Shown piece by piece: positions 1-11,293 of a DNA stretch of 64,000 nucleotides. Under the pieces are notes generated by a model. It worked only from the letters and a program-made list of their open reading frames with translations, made no database searches and had not been told where the DNA came from. How positions within the stretch are numbered: position 1 is the first letter of the stretch; each line of letters begins with the position of its first letter. Position numbers and translations under genes: made by a program. The stretch comes from Chiloscyllium plagiosum (taxonomy: Eukaryota): positions 7,781,974-7,845,973 of the forward strand of contig NC_057719.1 of NCBI RefSeq assembly GCF_004010195.1. The letters run 5' to 3'.

Positions 1-69
1 TGCTGCGCTTTTCCAGCAACACATTTCCATCTCTGATCTCCAGCATCTGCAGACCTCACTTTCTCCTCA

Positions 70-280
70 GAGAGAGAGGGGGACCGAGAGAGAGGAGGAC
101 AGATAGAGAGGGGACAGAGAGAGGGGACAGATAGAGAGGGGTCAGAGAGAGAGAGGGGGGTGCAGAGAGAGAGGGGGACAGAGAGAGGGGCAGAGAGAGG
201 GCGAGAGAGGGGTGGACGAGCGAGAGGCAGGAAGAAAGTGGGGAGGGCAAGAGAGGGGGAGGGAGAGAGGGAGGGAGAGC
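70..280. repeat. GA-rich low-complexity repeat
   Basis: Irregular (GA)n/GGGACAGAGAGA runs; the overlapping ORFs 56-250 and 142-447 are artefacts of it. Confidence 0.9.
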
Positions 281-744
281 TTCTGAGTGGCTTTAGTAAC
301 TAACTTGTGCAGCTCAGAACTACTAAACTGGCTGGCTCTCAAAGACGTGGGTTCACATCCCCCTTCAGGACCTGAGCAGCCCTCCTTTGGAAGAAAGCTG
401 AGAGGGGATTGTGATAGAGCTTTAGAGTGTAGAGATAAGAGTTTCAAACATAAAAGGAGATTGGACTGACAGTGACAAAAAAAAACAGAAATTGTTTGAG
501 AAACTCAGTAGGATTGGCAGCAATTGTGGAAGGAGGTACGGAGTCAACTTTTCAGGTTGAGAAGAAAGATCACTAGATTAATTCTAGTGATCTATACATT
601 ACATTAATATATTATATCAATACATTAATTCTGTTTCTATCTCTGCAGATGTTACCAGACCTGCTGAGTTTTTCCAGCAATCTCTGTTTTTTTGTTCCAG
701 ATTTCCAGCATCTATAGTTCTTTGTTTCATTTTTGGACAGATGG

Positions 745-1351
745 GGGTTGTTTAACCTGGAGCAGAGGAGACATGATTGAAATTTATAAAACCATGGGGG
801 GACATAGACACAAAGGAATGTTTCCCCTTGAAGGAATCAACAACTGGGGTAGAGATATAAAGTAAGAGGCTGAATGTTTAGAGGGGATGTAAGAAAATTG
901 TTTTTCATCAAGAGGGTGGTCTGAGTCTGGCGCTTTCTGTGCGCGAAGGTGATAAGACACAGAGAGGCTGGGAATTTTTTTCCTGGAGGTTGAGGGGTGA
1001 CCTTATAGAGATTTAAAATACCATGACAGGCACAGATAAGGTGAATAGAAAAGGTCTTTTTCCTAGGGTGGGGGTGTTCAAAACTAGGGGGCATATTTTG
1101 AATGTGAGAGGACAATGATTTAAAAAGAGACATGAGGGAAATTTTTTTTTTTATACAGTGTGGTTGGTATGTGAAAAGAATTTCTAGAAGAAGTTGTGGA
1201 TGTGGATACAGTGACAACATTTAAAAAGACATTTGGATAAGTACAAGAATAACATGTTGGAAGCATAAGACCCGAGTGCAGGCAGGTGGGGCTACTTTAG
1301 TTTGGGATTATAGTTGGCATGAACTGGTTGGACTAAAGAGTCTGTTTCCAT
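745..1351 (+). mobile_element. Degenerate CR1 LINE 3' end fragments
   Basis: Similar to the other CR1 3' ends in the window (ggtgaccttatagag...gactaaagagtctgtttccatg); coding frame broken. Confidence 0.7.
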
Positions 1352-2800
1352 GTTGGAGAGACTGTTAGGTCTGAAGGTTGATAAGTTCCCGGGGCCTGAT
1401 GGTCGACATCCCAGGGTACTGAAGGTGGTGGCTCGAGAAATCGTGGATGCGTTGGTGATTATTTTCCAGAGTTCAATAGATTCAGGATCAGTTCCTGCGG
1501 ATTGGTGGGTGGCTAATGTTGTACCACTTTTTAAGAAAGGTGCGAGAGAGAAAGCAGGAAATTATAGACCAGTTAGTCTGACCTCAGTGGTGGGAAAGAT
1601 GCTGGAGTCTATTATATAGGATGAAATTACGACACATCTGGATAGTAGTAACAGGATAGGTCAGAGTCAGCATGGATTTATGAAAGGGGAAATCATGCTT
1701 GACTAATCTTCTGGAATTTTTTGAGGTTGTAACTCTGAAGATGGACGAGGGAGATCCAGTAGATGTAGTGTACCTGGAATTTCAGAAAGCTTTTGATAAA
1801 GTCCCACACAGGAGGTTAGTGAGCAAAATTAGGGAGCATAGTATTGGGGGCAAAGTACTAACTTGGATTGAAAGTTGGATGGCTGACAGGAAACAAAGAG
1901 TAGTGATAAATGGCTCCATTTCGAAATGGCAGGCAGTGACAAGTGGGGTACCGCAGGGATCAGTGCTGGGACTGCAGCTTTTTACAATATATATTAATGA
2001 TATAGAAGATGGTGTTAGTAATAACATTAGCAAATTTGCTGATGATACTAAGCTGGGTGGCAGGGTGAAATGTGAGGAGGATGTTAGGAGATGACAGGGT
2101 GACCTGGACAGGTTAGGTGAGTGGTCAGATGCATGGCAAATGCAGTTTAATGTGGATAAATGTATGGTTATCCACTTTGGTGGCAAGAACAGGAAGGCAG
2201 ATTACTACCTAAATGGAATCAATTTAGGTAAAGGGGTAGTAAAAGAGATCTGGGTGTTCTTGTACACCAGTCAATGAAGGTAAGCATGCAGGTACAGCAG
2301 GTAGTGAAGAAGGCTAATAGCATGCTGGTCTTCATAACAAAAGGGATTGACTATAAAAGCAAAGAGGTTCTTCTGCAGCTGTACAGGGCCCTGGTGAGAC
2401 CACGCCTGGAGTATCGTGTGCAGTTCTGGTCTCCAAATTTGAGGAAAGACATTCTGGCTATTGAGGGAGTGCAGCGTAGGTTCACAAGGTCAATTCCTGA
2501 AATGGAGAGGACACAGCTTAAAAATATGGGGTAGACCATTTAGGACAGAGATGAGGAGAAACTTCTTCACCCAGAGAGTGGTGGCTGTGTGGAATGCTCT
2601 GCCCCAGGGGGCAGTGAATGCCCAGTCTCTGGATTCATTTAAGAAAGAGTTGAATAGAGCTCTCAAGGATAGTGGAATCAAGGGTTATGGAGATAAGGCA
2701 GGAACAGGATACTGATTAAGGATGATCGGCCATGATCATATTGAATGATGGTGCAGGCTTGAAGCGCAGAATGGCCTACTGCTGCATCTATTGTTTGAAA
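1352..2800 (+). mobile_element. 5'-truncated CR1 LINE (ORF2 RT domain and 3' UTR) with an internal deletion near 2500
   Basis: Motifs PGPDG, NYRPVSLTS, FQKAFDKVPH, GVPQGSVLG, FADDTKLG, NFFTQRVV; same subfamily as 22389-25727. Confidence 0.92.
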
Positions 2801-3438
2801 GACTCTATGATAAATATAGAACTTCAAACTCACGCGGATTGTTTGGTGGAATGGATTGACAAGTGGCTTCAAGGTCGTGAAATGTGAAGTGATTCATTTT
2901 GTTAGAACAAAATTTGTATATGGATTGATAGCATTAAAAAGAGGCTACAATTGTAAATGGTGCACCGTAGCAAATGGACTGTTTTTCTTAGAGCAGAGAT
3001 GGCTGCAAGATGATTTGATAGAACTATTCAAAATCACGAGGGTTCCAGACAGTATAGGTGAGGAGAAACTGTCCAATTTGTGGAAGGATTAATGGATATA
3101 AATTTAATGTAATGAGCAAATGAGGCAATGATAACTTCAGGAAAAACCTTTTCACACAGCAAGTGGTTAGGGTCTAGAATACACTGTTTAAGAGAATAAT
3201 GAAGGCAGATTTGTTTTACATGATCAAAAAGGAATTTGATTGTTGTCTAAAAAGAAGAATCTGCAAGACTATTGAGAGACAGCAGAACAATGAAACTGCT
3301 TCTGCACTTTATTTATTAATTCACAGAATCATTAATTGCCACCAATCTGGGGGCAGGAGGTGGAGAGGAGAGAGAGAATGAGACAGACAGAATGTCACTG
3401 GATAAGTAATCCAGTGGCCCAAACTAATGCTCTGGAGT

Positions 3439-3617
3439 TGAAGAGTGTGGTGCTGGAAAAGAACAGCTGGTCAGACAGCATCTGAGGATTCCTGATGAAG
3501 GGCTTATGCTCGAAGCGTTGATTCTCCTGCTCCTTGGATGTTGCCTGACCGGCTGCGCTTTTCCAGCACCACATTTCTCAACTCTGATCTCCAGCATCTA
3601 CAGTCCTCACTTTCTCG
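3439..3617. mobile_element. Palindromic Penelope-terminal-repeat mini-element
   Basis: Inverted arms; 14-bp direct flanks taatgctctggagt at 3425-3438 and 3618-3631; decayed hammerhead core. Confidence 0.8.
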
Positions 3618-4754
3618 TAATGCTCTGGAGTCACAGGTTCAAATCCCAATTTGGCAGCTGGTGAAATTTAATTAGGGATTTGAAAGCTAGTCTCAGTTTC
3701 ATGGTCGCCATTAGTATTATTGATTGATATCTACTATCTTGCCTTATCTGGCCTACATGTGACTCCAAACCTACTCTAATGTGGTTGAAGAAGGGCTTAT
3801 GCCCGAAACATCGATTCTCCTGTTCCCTGGATGCTGCCTGACCTGCTGCGCTTTTCCAGCAACACATTTTCAGCTCTGATCTCCAGGATCTGCAGACCTC
3901 ACTTTCTCCTCATAGATACCTACAAGCCAGGCTTGAGCTAAGGTTCTAAAACCTTTAGCAGAGATGCAGCGCCAGCTCTTACCCCGAAGACCTCTCTCAG
4001 ACTACTCCCCTTATTCTTGCAAACAAGTTGTCTTTATACAGAAATTAGTGTTGAAATTATAAAAACGACAAATGTCAGATAAGCAACAATAAAATAGCAA
4101 AAGTTTGCAGAGGAAGAGAAACTCATTGATAGGTCTGTGTATACCTGCCTAACTAAGCTACATGCACGTCAAAATGGGAAACCTTGATCCAGCCAGGCCC
4201 CAACTGGCTGATTGTTTTGGCTAGAGAACCTTCCCTTTTAACAGTACATCAATACGATGGACTAGAATAAACTATGTGGAAAGGTCATGAGGTAACCTCG
4301 TTTAGCTAACATGGCCAGTATCATTGTCCTATGTAATGGCTCTTTCTTTTAAAATCATCTTAGATTCCCAGAATGTAAATTACATTTATAACCTTCCTGG
4401 ATCTCGAGCTCCAGGGAACAGTGTACAAGCATTCATGACAAGCCAGTGTTCACCCATATCAGACCATAAAGGGTTAATCTTTCCACCGGCTTACATCCTC
4501 TCTTTCTGTCTCTCTCCCTCTATGTCCCTTAAACCCTTCAGTCAGTGAATGTAATTTACAGAAGAATGTTTTCTCTCACTCAGACATGAATATCTTCCAA
4601 CTTTCAGCCTTTGTTTTTTCCTAGCTGAAAAATGTGTTGCTGGAAAAGCGCAGCAGGTTAGGCAGCATCCAAGGAGCAGGAGAATTGATGTTTCGGGCAT
4701 AAGCCCTTCCAGCAACACACTCTTCCTAGCCTCTAAGGGTAATGAGACATTCAC

Positions 4755-5049
4755 AGATCAGATTCCCTACAGGATGGAAACAGGCCCTTTGGCCCAACAA
4801 GTCCACACTGACACTCTGAAGAGTAACCTACCCATTCCCCTACCCCTCACACTATGGGCAAGTTAGCATGGCCAATTCGCCTGACCTGCACATCTTTGGA
4901 TTGTGGGAGGAAACCGGAGCACCTGGAGGAAACCCACGCGACACTGGGAGAATGTGCAAACTCAACACAGACAGTTGGGAGGTGGGAATCGAACCCGGGT
5001 CTCTGGCGCTGTGAGACAGCAGTGCTAACCACTGAGCCACCGTGCCGCC
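4755..5049 (-). mobile_element. tRNA-derived SINE (HE1-like)
   Basis: Head ggcggcacggtggctcagtggttagcac...ggttcgattcc with A/B boxes; CR1-like tail; absent from the other LTR. Confidence 0.88.
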
Positions 5050-5442
5050 ATCCTAGATGCAGCCAAGCTGAGGGAGTTGAGCTTCATAAATTCAAATCTG
5101 ATCAGTGTGGTATACATGAAAATGTGTCAAGATTGTTCTATTACATGCATATTTCACTCAGCTTATTAAATTACCAGTTATTTTCCTATTGAGTATGAAT
5201 TTTGTTCAGAATCTTTGGTATAAACCAGCAATTTAGTTGCCTGAAACCCTGCTGTGAAATATGCATGCCTCTAGCCTCCGGCATGAGAAAGAAGTACTTC
5301 CACACATTCTACAGGTGAACAAATGTTATGTATAATGTATAACGCCACCTTCTTTACACTGATCCATTGACACTAAAGACAGTTGTCCCCAGTTCTTCTG
5401 AACAAGCACTTTCCCGCATTCTCTGCAGCAAATACGTCACAT

Positions 5443-5895
5443 AGAGTCATAGAGATGTACAGCATGGAAACAGACCCTTTGGTCCAACCTGTCCATGCCA
5501 ACCAGATATCCCAACCCAATCTAGTCCTACCTGCCAGCACCTGGCCCATATCCCTCCAAACCCTTCCTATTCATGTACCCATCCAAATGCCTCTTAAATG
5601 TTGCAATTGTACCAGCCTCCACCACATCCTTTGGCAGCTCATTCCATACACGTACCACCCTCTGGGTGAAAAAATTGCCCCTTAGGTCTCTTTTATATCT
5701 TTCCCCTCTCACCCTAAACCTATGCCCTCTAGTTCTGGACTCCCTGACCCCAGGGAAAAGACTTTGCCTATTTATCCTATCCATGCCACTCATAATTTTG
5801 TAAACCTCTATAAGGTCACCCCTCAGTCTCCGCTCCAGGGAAAACAGTCCCAGCCTGTTCAGTCTCTCCCTGTCGCTCAGATCCTCCAACCCTGG
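5443..5895 (-). mobile_element. CR1 3' end inserted in the LTR
   Basis: RLGLFSLE/RGNFFTQRVV motifs, (ctctatga) tail, short cacat duplication at the flanks. Confidence 0.9.
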
Positions 5896-5921
5896 CACAT
5901 CTAAGGCTACACGCTTTCTCA

Positions 5922-5933
5922 TTCCTTTCTTTT
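5922..5933 (-). promoter_or_regulatory. ERV polypurine tract
   Basis: Minus strand AAAAGAAAGGAA directly precedes the TG that starts the 3' LTR. Confidence 0.85.
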
Positions 5934-6108
5934 ATCATTTCATGGTAAGAATACAACGTATACAAGTCCAATTAGTCCATTCAGTCCATTTGTATTTTCA
6001 ACAAGTCGAGTGCCACTTCTGGTGAGTCGTCGTCCGGAGAGCAGAGTCGGAAAGATATCTGATTTCGGCATAAAAGTTCCAACATGGAGGTACAGGAGTG
6101 AACAAAAG

Positions 6109-8520
6109 TTAATTAGCAAGATTCTTCTTTGGCTTAGGTGAAAAGCATTGCACGGTCCACTCCATACATAAGCAGCTGACAATGTATGTTCGTAGGATGA
6201 GACCAAGGATTATCAGTGCATCCCGCATGAACCACCCGCACAGTGACTATAGCCAGCAGGTAGACTCCATCCACATGAGGTAAAAACAATGACTGCAGAT
6301 GCTGGAAACCAGATTCTGGATTAGTGGTGCTGGAAGAGCACAGCAGTTCAGGCAGCATCCAAGGAGCAGCGAAATCGACGTTTCGGGCAAAAGCCCTTCA
6401 TGAGACAGTTGCTCTATGCTACTTTCTCCCCACCCCCACCCTCCTCTAGCTTATCTCTCCACCCTTCAGGCTCTCTGGCTTTATTGCTGATGAAGGGCTT
6501 TTGCCCGAAATGTCGATTTTCGCTGCTCCTTGGATGCTGCCTGAACTGCTGTGCTCTTCCAGCACCACTAATCCAGAATCCATCCACATGAATCAGACGA
6601 TGGTGGGGCAGGTATCTTCCCTGCGTCTTGACTCATTTGTTGATGACATTTGTGTCATATACAATGTCTTTAGAGAAGTCATCTATGTAGGTGCAACATT
6701 GTGGGCCAATGATAGTTCAAGTGCCTCCTTCTTTAACAAGAAGGAAATCTGGCACTAATTGATTCTGAAGCGTTGTCATTCAGGTTTCCTGTAGTTCTTT
6801 GTTCATTAGTTTCAATGCATGGGTGGTTGAGTTGGCTAGTTTCTCGATGTTGTATGTAAGGTCACCGATCTGATCTAGGGTCACCTCAACACCCAAGCCA
6901 GGAATAAGGCCTCCCATCAACCTAGACCACCAGGCTTGTTGATGGAAGAAGTCAGCAAGTCTCGTTTTGTTCTTCCTCTAATTTTTGTCCCATAGCAATT
7001 CACATATTGGTGGGCTTTCCATTTGTTATCTACCTTAGGGATTTTATAGTGGAGGGTAAAAAGTGGTAAGGTGTGCACTAAAGCACAATGTCCATTCCAG
7101 TCTTTGGGTAAATATGGGTTGGTTTTGTTTTTGCATAGCCCATGAAGGCTAAATGGAGTTCCGAGGGTGCACTTCTGTGAGTGAATGACGAGTCCACTCA
7201 GAGTGAGGGCTGAATCTTGGAGAGTAGGAGTACGACCAGTGTCTTTTATAACATTTTTACACAGTATTTGCTTCACTTGCCCCATGTTGTGCATATCGAA
7301 AGTTCTTTCAATGCACCATTCTACCAGTAGAACAATGTTAACATTGAATCCTGTAGGTTTGTTAGTGCACTTCACACAGTGATACACTTCTTCTACCGAA
7401 TGGGTTTTGTCATTGCAGGTGAGGGGTTGCATAGGTGGCTGAGTCTTATTCATACATTGTATATCAGAATGATGGAAGAGTGAGCGGCCAATGCATGGAT
7501 CAGGATGTTTAGCTTGAATAAAGAAACCATTCGCAATGGAAGGGAGATTAGGGTGCATAGTAATTTTCATCTTTCTTCACCTTTCCAGCTTGTCTTGTTA
7601 ACTACAGTAGTTACTGATTGCAGAAGCCATGTAAAGGTATTTCTGCCAGTAGCGGTAGGTCAGATAGGAGAAGGTTCCGTTGATAAGGTATTGGTTGACA
7701 GTCTCAGAGCCAAAGATGCTTTAAGGTTCTGCGATTTCAATACTATGTGTTCAATACCACAATTTGTATGGTTCATTTTGGGAGGGGAACAGGTAAACAT
7801 TTCAAAGTAACAGTTTTCGGCTGATGGAGTGGATGATGTTATGGGATCGTGTCATCTCATGACAACTGGCATAGATGTGTTGTAAGGGTGACACTAATGT
7901 TGAAAATGATGTTCGGATGTACAATGTGAATAGCTTAAATGAATTTCAGCTGGAAAGCTACATTCATAGCTTTCAACAGTATTGGTACAAGTTTCATGGT
8001 GCTGACAAATCCTATCTTCAGGGGGAGCAGTGGGGAAGATAATACATCAATCGTCATTGGAATATCCGGAAGGACCAATGCCATTCGCACTGTAGCCGTG
8101 ATTACACTGACATTCTACACCTAAATTGTTGGTTTTGTTTATGCAAGTGGCATCGGGGTGACAAGTGGGACACGTTCGTGTTCTCACGCAATGAAGGGTA
8201 GTAGTCAGAATCACAATAGGGGTAGTAAAACAGGTAGTGGTGAGCAGAGTGAGTGTTGTTAATTTCTGCTGTTTTGTGGTCATCGGGGTTGTCTTGTCAT
8301 GAGTGGTAGTAACAATGTCAGTGATAGTGATGGTGGTAGGTGATGATGTGGTCGTTGGTGCAGGGGCAAGAATCATTGGGCATCTAATGGTCTCATTTTT
8401 TCAGCATGTGGCATCCTCTGAAGTATTGTTTAGCTTGATAAAAGTAATTCCTGTGACATTGTTATACCACCTTAGTCACTTCTCCATTTGATTCATTAGC
8501 ATTGACACAAATTTGGTTCA
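6109..8520 (-). pseudogene. env: ERV env (gamma-type TM); SU region with Thr-rich and EGF-like modules; stops and frameshifts
   Basis: YLPKDWNGHCAL motif; furin site RTKR (~6962-6973); ISD-like LQNQLVPDFLLVKEGG followed by *TIIGPQCC (CX6CC with the first Cys turned to stop); hydrophobic ALIILGLIL anchor; stop at 6109-6111. Confidence 0.88.
6279..6578. mobile_element. Palindromic Penelope-terminal-repeat mini-element inserted in env TM
   Basis: Inverted arms; 13-bp TSD tccatccacatga at 6266-6278 and 6579-6591. Confidence 0.85.
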
Positions 8521-8570
8521 TGCAATCACGTTGGAGGTTTAGCCCATCGGAGATATTACAGATTGGCAGA

Positions 8571-9270
8571 TTACATCTGGGCTAAACCTCCAACGTGATC
8601 AGGGAGTCCTAAGGGCTTTCCATATACTAGTTCAGCCGCCAAGAATCTTGACTTTTTCTGGATCATGGTTCTCATATTAAGAAAGGCAATTGGGAGTACT
8701 TGCAGCCAATTAAGGCCCATTTCCTCGACCAACTTGCTTAGCTGGCCTTTTAAAGTACCATTGGCTCTTTCTACAATTCCCATTGCTTGGGGACGGTTGG
8801 CAGAATGGGATCTCTGATTCATATTCAGACTCTTACATAGTTTGTTGTTTATCTCTGCACAGAAGTGGGGGCCATTATTGGAAGAGACCGTTATTGGTAT
8901 TCCAAACCTGGGTATGATTTCCCTTAGTAGAATTTTACAGGTAGGTTTTGCTGTGCAGTCTACGGGGATAAGCTTTAATCCATCTACTAAATACAACAAT
9001 AATCACTAAGCAATACTTGTAATAATGGCATCTAGGTAATTCTGTAAAATCTAACTGGATAGTATCAAAAATTGCACTTGGCAAGGGAGTTTCACCTGAT
9101 GGACACTTTACTCCTTTCCCGGGATTATGCTTTTGACAAATTAGGCAATTTGCAGCTGCTTGTTTTGTTTTTTCTTGCGGGTGGGGATTCCACCAAGTTT
9201 AGAGAATTCTGTCCATCATTCCCTCCTTACCTACATGCGTACACATATGAACATAATCAACTAGAATAGG
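8571..9270 (-). pseudogene. pol: ERV integrase remnant, C-terminus missing
   Basis: HHCC (HMCTH...CLIC), IQLDFTELP, REIIPRFGIP, VSSNNGPHF (catalytic D mutated), GIVERANGTLK. Confidence 0.92.
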
Positions 9271-9350
9271 CAAAAGCGAATCAGGCAGACATGTCTGCCC
9301 TACCTGCGTAACCCAAAGCTCAGTATAACTATTTATATAACAATCGTGGT

Positions 9351-9800
9351 TCATCCATCATGGTTGTTTTTTGTCATCAGAAGCGCCCCCTTATGGGCCT
9401 GTATTTGTGCTAGGTTAGGCATGGTCGGGGTATCAGAAGAGGAAAAAGGAGAGTCTTCCTTTGGTTTCCTGTTTGTCATTTGAGTGACCGTATCTCTTTG
9501 TTCAAAAGCTGCCTTCTTAGCAGCCGTGTCAGTAGCATGGTTGCCTTTCGTGACATCAGGAGCATCGGAGGAGTGGGTAGAACATTTGATAATTGCCAAT
9601 TGAGAGGGAAGATGAATAGCGTGGAGCAGGTTAGCAACGTAGGCAGCATTGAGGATAGGGTTTCTGATGAGGTAAGAGAGCCATGCTGTTGTCAGAGTTG
9701 ACCAAAATCATGGGCACATCCAAAGGCATAGCGGGAGTCAGTTTGGATATTAGCTGACTTCCCTTTAGCAAGTGAGAACAACGGTGAGAACAACAAACTC
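9351..9800 (-). pseudogene. pol: ERV RNase H remnant
   Basis: ANIQTDSRYAFGCAHDFGQLW and AIIKCSTH...GNHATDTAAKKAA motifs typical of class I ERV RNase H. Confidence 0.9.
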
Positions 9801-9916
9801 TGCTTTTTGGGCAGAACAGGGTGGATTGATGGAATAAGCGTGGCCAAATCACCTGACCTGCACATCTTTGGACTGGGAGTAAACCGAAGCACCCGGAGGA
9901 AACCATGCAGACATGG

Positions 9917-10500
9917 CTTTTTGTGGCTAGCTGGTGTTCGTGTATCCTGGTGGCTAACTTTCTTCCTGTTTGTCTTATGTAGTGTTTGTGGCAGTCCTTG
10001 CATGGAATTTTATAGATGACATTGGTTTTGTCTATGGGTTGTACTGGGTCTTTTAAGTTTGTTAGTTTTTGTTTGAGAGTGTTGGTGGGTTTGTGTGCTA
10101 CTAGGATTCCAAGGGGTCTCAGTATTCTGGCTGTCATTTCTGANNNNNNNNNNNNNNNNNNNNNNNNNNNNNNNNNNNNNNNNNNNNNNNNNNNNNNNNN
10201 NNNNNNNNNNNNNNNNNNNNNNNNNNNNNNNNNNNNNNNNNNNNNNNNNNNNNNNNNNNNNNNNNNNNNNNNNNNNNNNNNGAAAATGAACAGGAAATGA
10301 CATCACCACAAACCCCGGGAACCCCATCCAGGAGAAAGATATAAATAGAAAGCAGGAGACAACAGCTTCGCTTCACTTGGAGGTTGCCACTGATGATGTT
10401 ACCTAGCCAGGTAATGAAACGTCTGGATATCAAACCTATAGCTCAGCGAGCAAACCTACACCCTAAACCTCAACCTGAACTACAAACCTTTACAAACCTT
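9917..10500. mobile_element. Penelope-like element: GIY-YIG fragment on minus, terminal repeat on plus across the gap
   Basis: NVIYKIPCKDCHKHYIRQTGRKLATRIHEH; terminal repeat with hammerhead motif at 10387-10426. Confidence 0.8.
10387..10426 (+). ncRNA. Minimal type I hammerhead ribozyme motif
   Basis: cca-CTGATGA-t-GTTACC-tagcca-GGTAAT-GAAAC-GTC-tgg: intact core, stem II and short stem I. Confidence 0.75.
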
Positions 10501-10604
10501 GGAGTCAGTATGATTGGAAAATTCATCAGGGCTAGCAAGAAGGAGGTCACCGACGTATTGAATTAGGGTAGAGCCTGCAGGAAATTCAAGTGATTCAAGG
10601 ATAA
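10501..10604 (-). pseudogene. pol: ERV reverse transcriptase catalytic-motif remnant
   Basis: Hand translation ILESLEFPAGSTLIQYVGDLLLASPDE (YVDD mutated to YVGD at 10546-10557). Confidence 0.85.
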
Positions 10605-11255
10605 TCCAAGATGGAGGATGGGCAAAACTTCTGGCTGTAAAAAGCTGCTCCTTTTTTTTTGAGGTATTTTAGGAGTTGAAGGTGATTTCCTTGAATTCCA
10701 GGAGCAGCAATTACCGTTTTATATGCTGTTGCATTGTTTTGGAACTTTGGAGAAAAATGAAGTCAAAACAACAGCACTTTTAAAAGGGAGAGAAACAGAA
10801 AAAGGCAGCACATGATAGAGAGAGAGAGAGAACCTTTGCTGTTTGAATTCATGTATTGTTGGACATCGGAGTGCCTCAGGGAAAATTAACAAACAGTGAA
10901 ATTCACAATAATCTTGGAAGAAGCTGTTTTTGAGAGATCACAGCACAGACACCGATAAGTGAATATTTTAAAGTGTGTCCTTACAGAAAGTCTGCAGTAG
11001 TGAGTATCGTGGGTTCTTTCTTGAGTATATCTTTTATTGAGATATGTCTCTTGATTAAACTTAAACATATAAGCTGTCAGTATTAAGTTAGCTTGGGGCA
11101 GTGTTTTGAAGAGGAATAAGACAGTGCTATTTTCTGGGTCTGTAGATTGGAAGAAGCAAAAATGGCCTTTAGTAGAGTGATATGCCCTTGTTGGACGAGG
11201 GAGTTCAGGGAGAGTTTACATGTTACTAAGGATTATATCTGCAATGAGTGCCGCT

Positions 11256-11293
11256 GATTCCTGAAGAAGGGCCTGTGCCCGAAACGTCGAATC
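11256..11293 (+). ncRNA. Minimal type I hammerhead ribozyme motif in a ~90 bp Penelope-terminal insertion
   Basis: GATTC-CTGAAGA-a-GGGC-ctgt-GCCC-GAAAC-GTC-GAATC; flanking ccgctgatt duplication at 11251-11259 and 11350-11358. Confidence 0.78.

Larger units (their letters stand above)
3911..5921 (-). repeat. ERV 3' LTR, interrupted by three insertions; distal end lost
   Basis: Aligns with 17858-18985 (about 12 mismatches in the first ~113 bp by hand); insertions at ~4625-4720, 4755-5049 and 5443-5895. Confidence 0.9.

Noticed and set aside
6109..8520. Domesticated, intact env (syncytin-like) gene
   Set aside because: Multiple stops, frameshifts and a transposon insertion in TM; this copy is not intact
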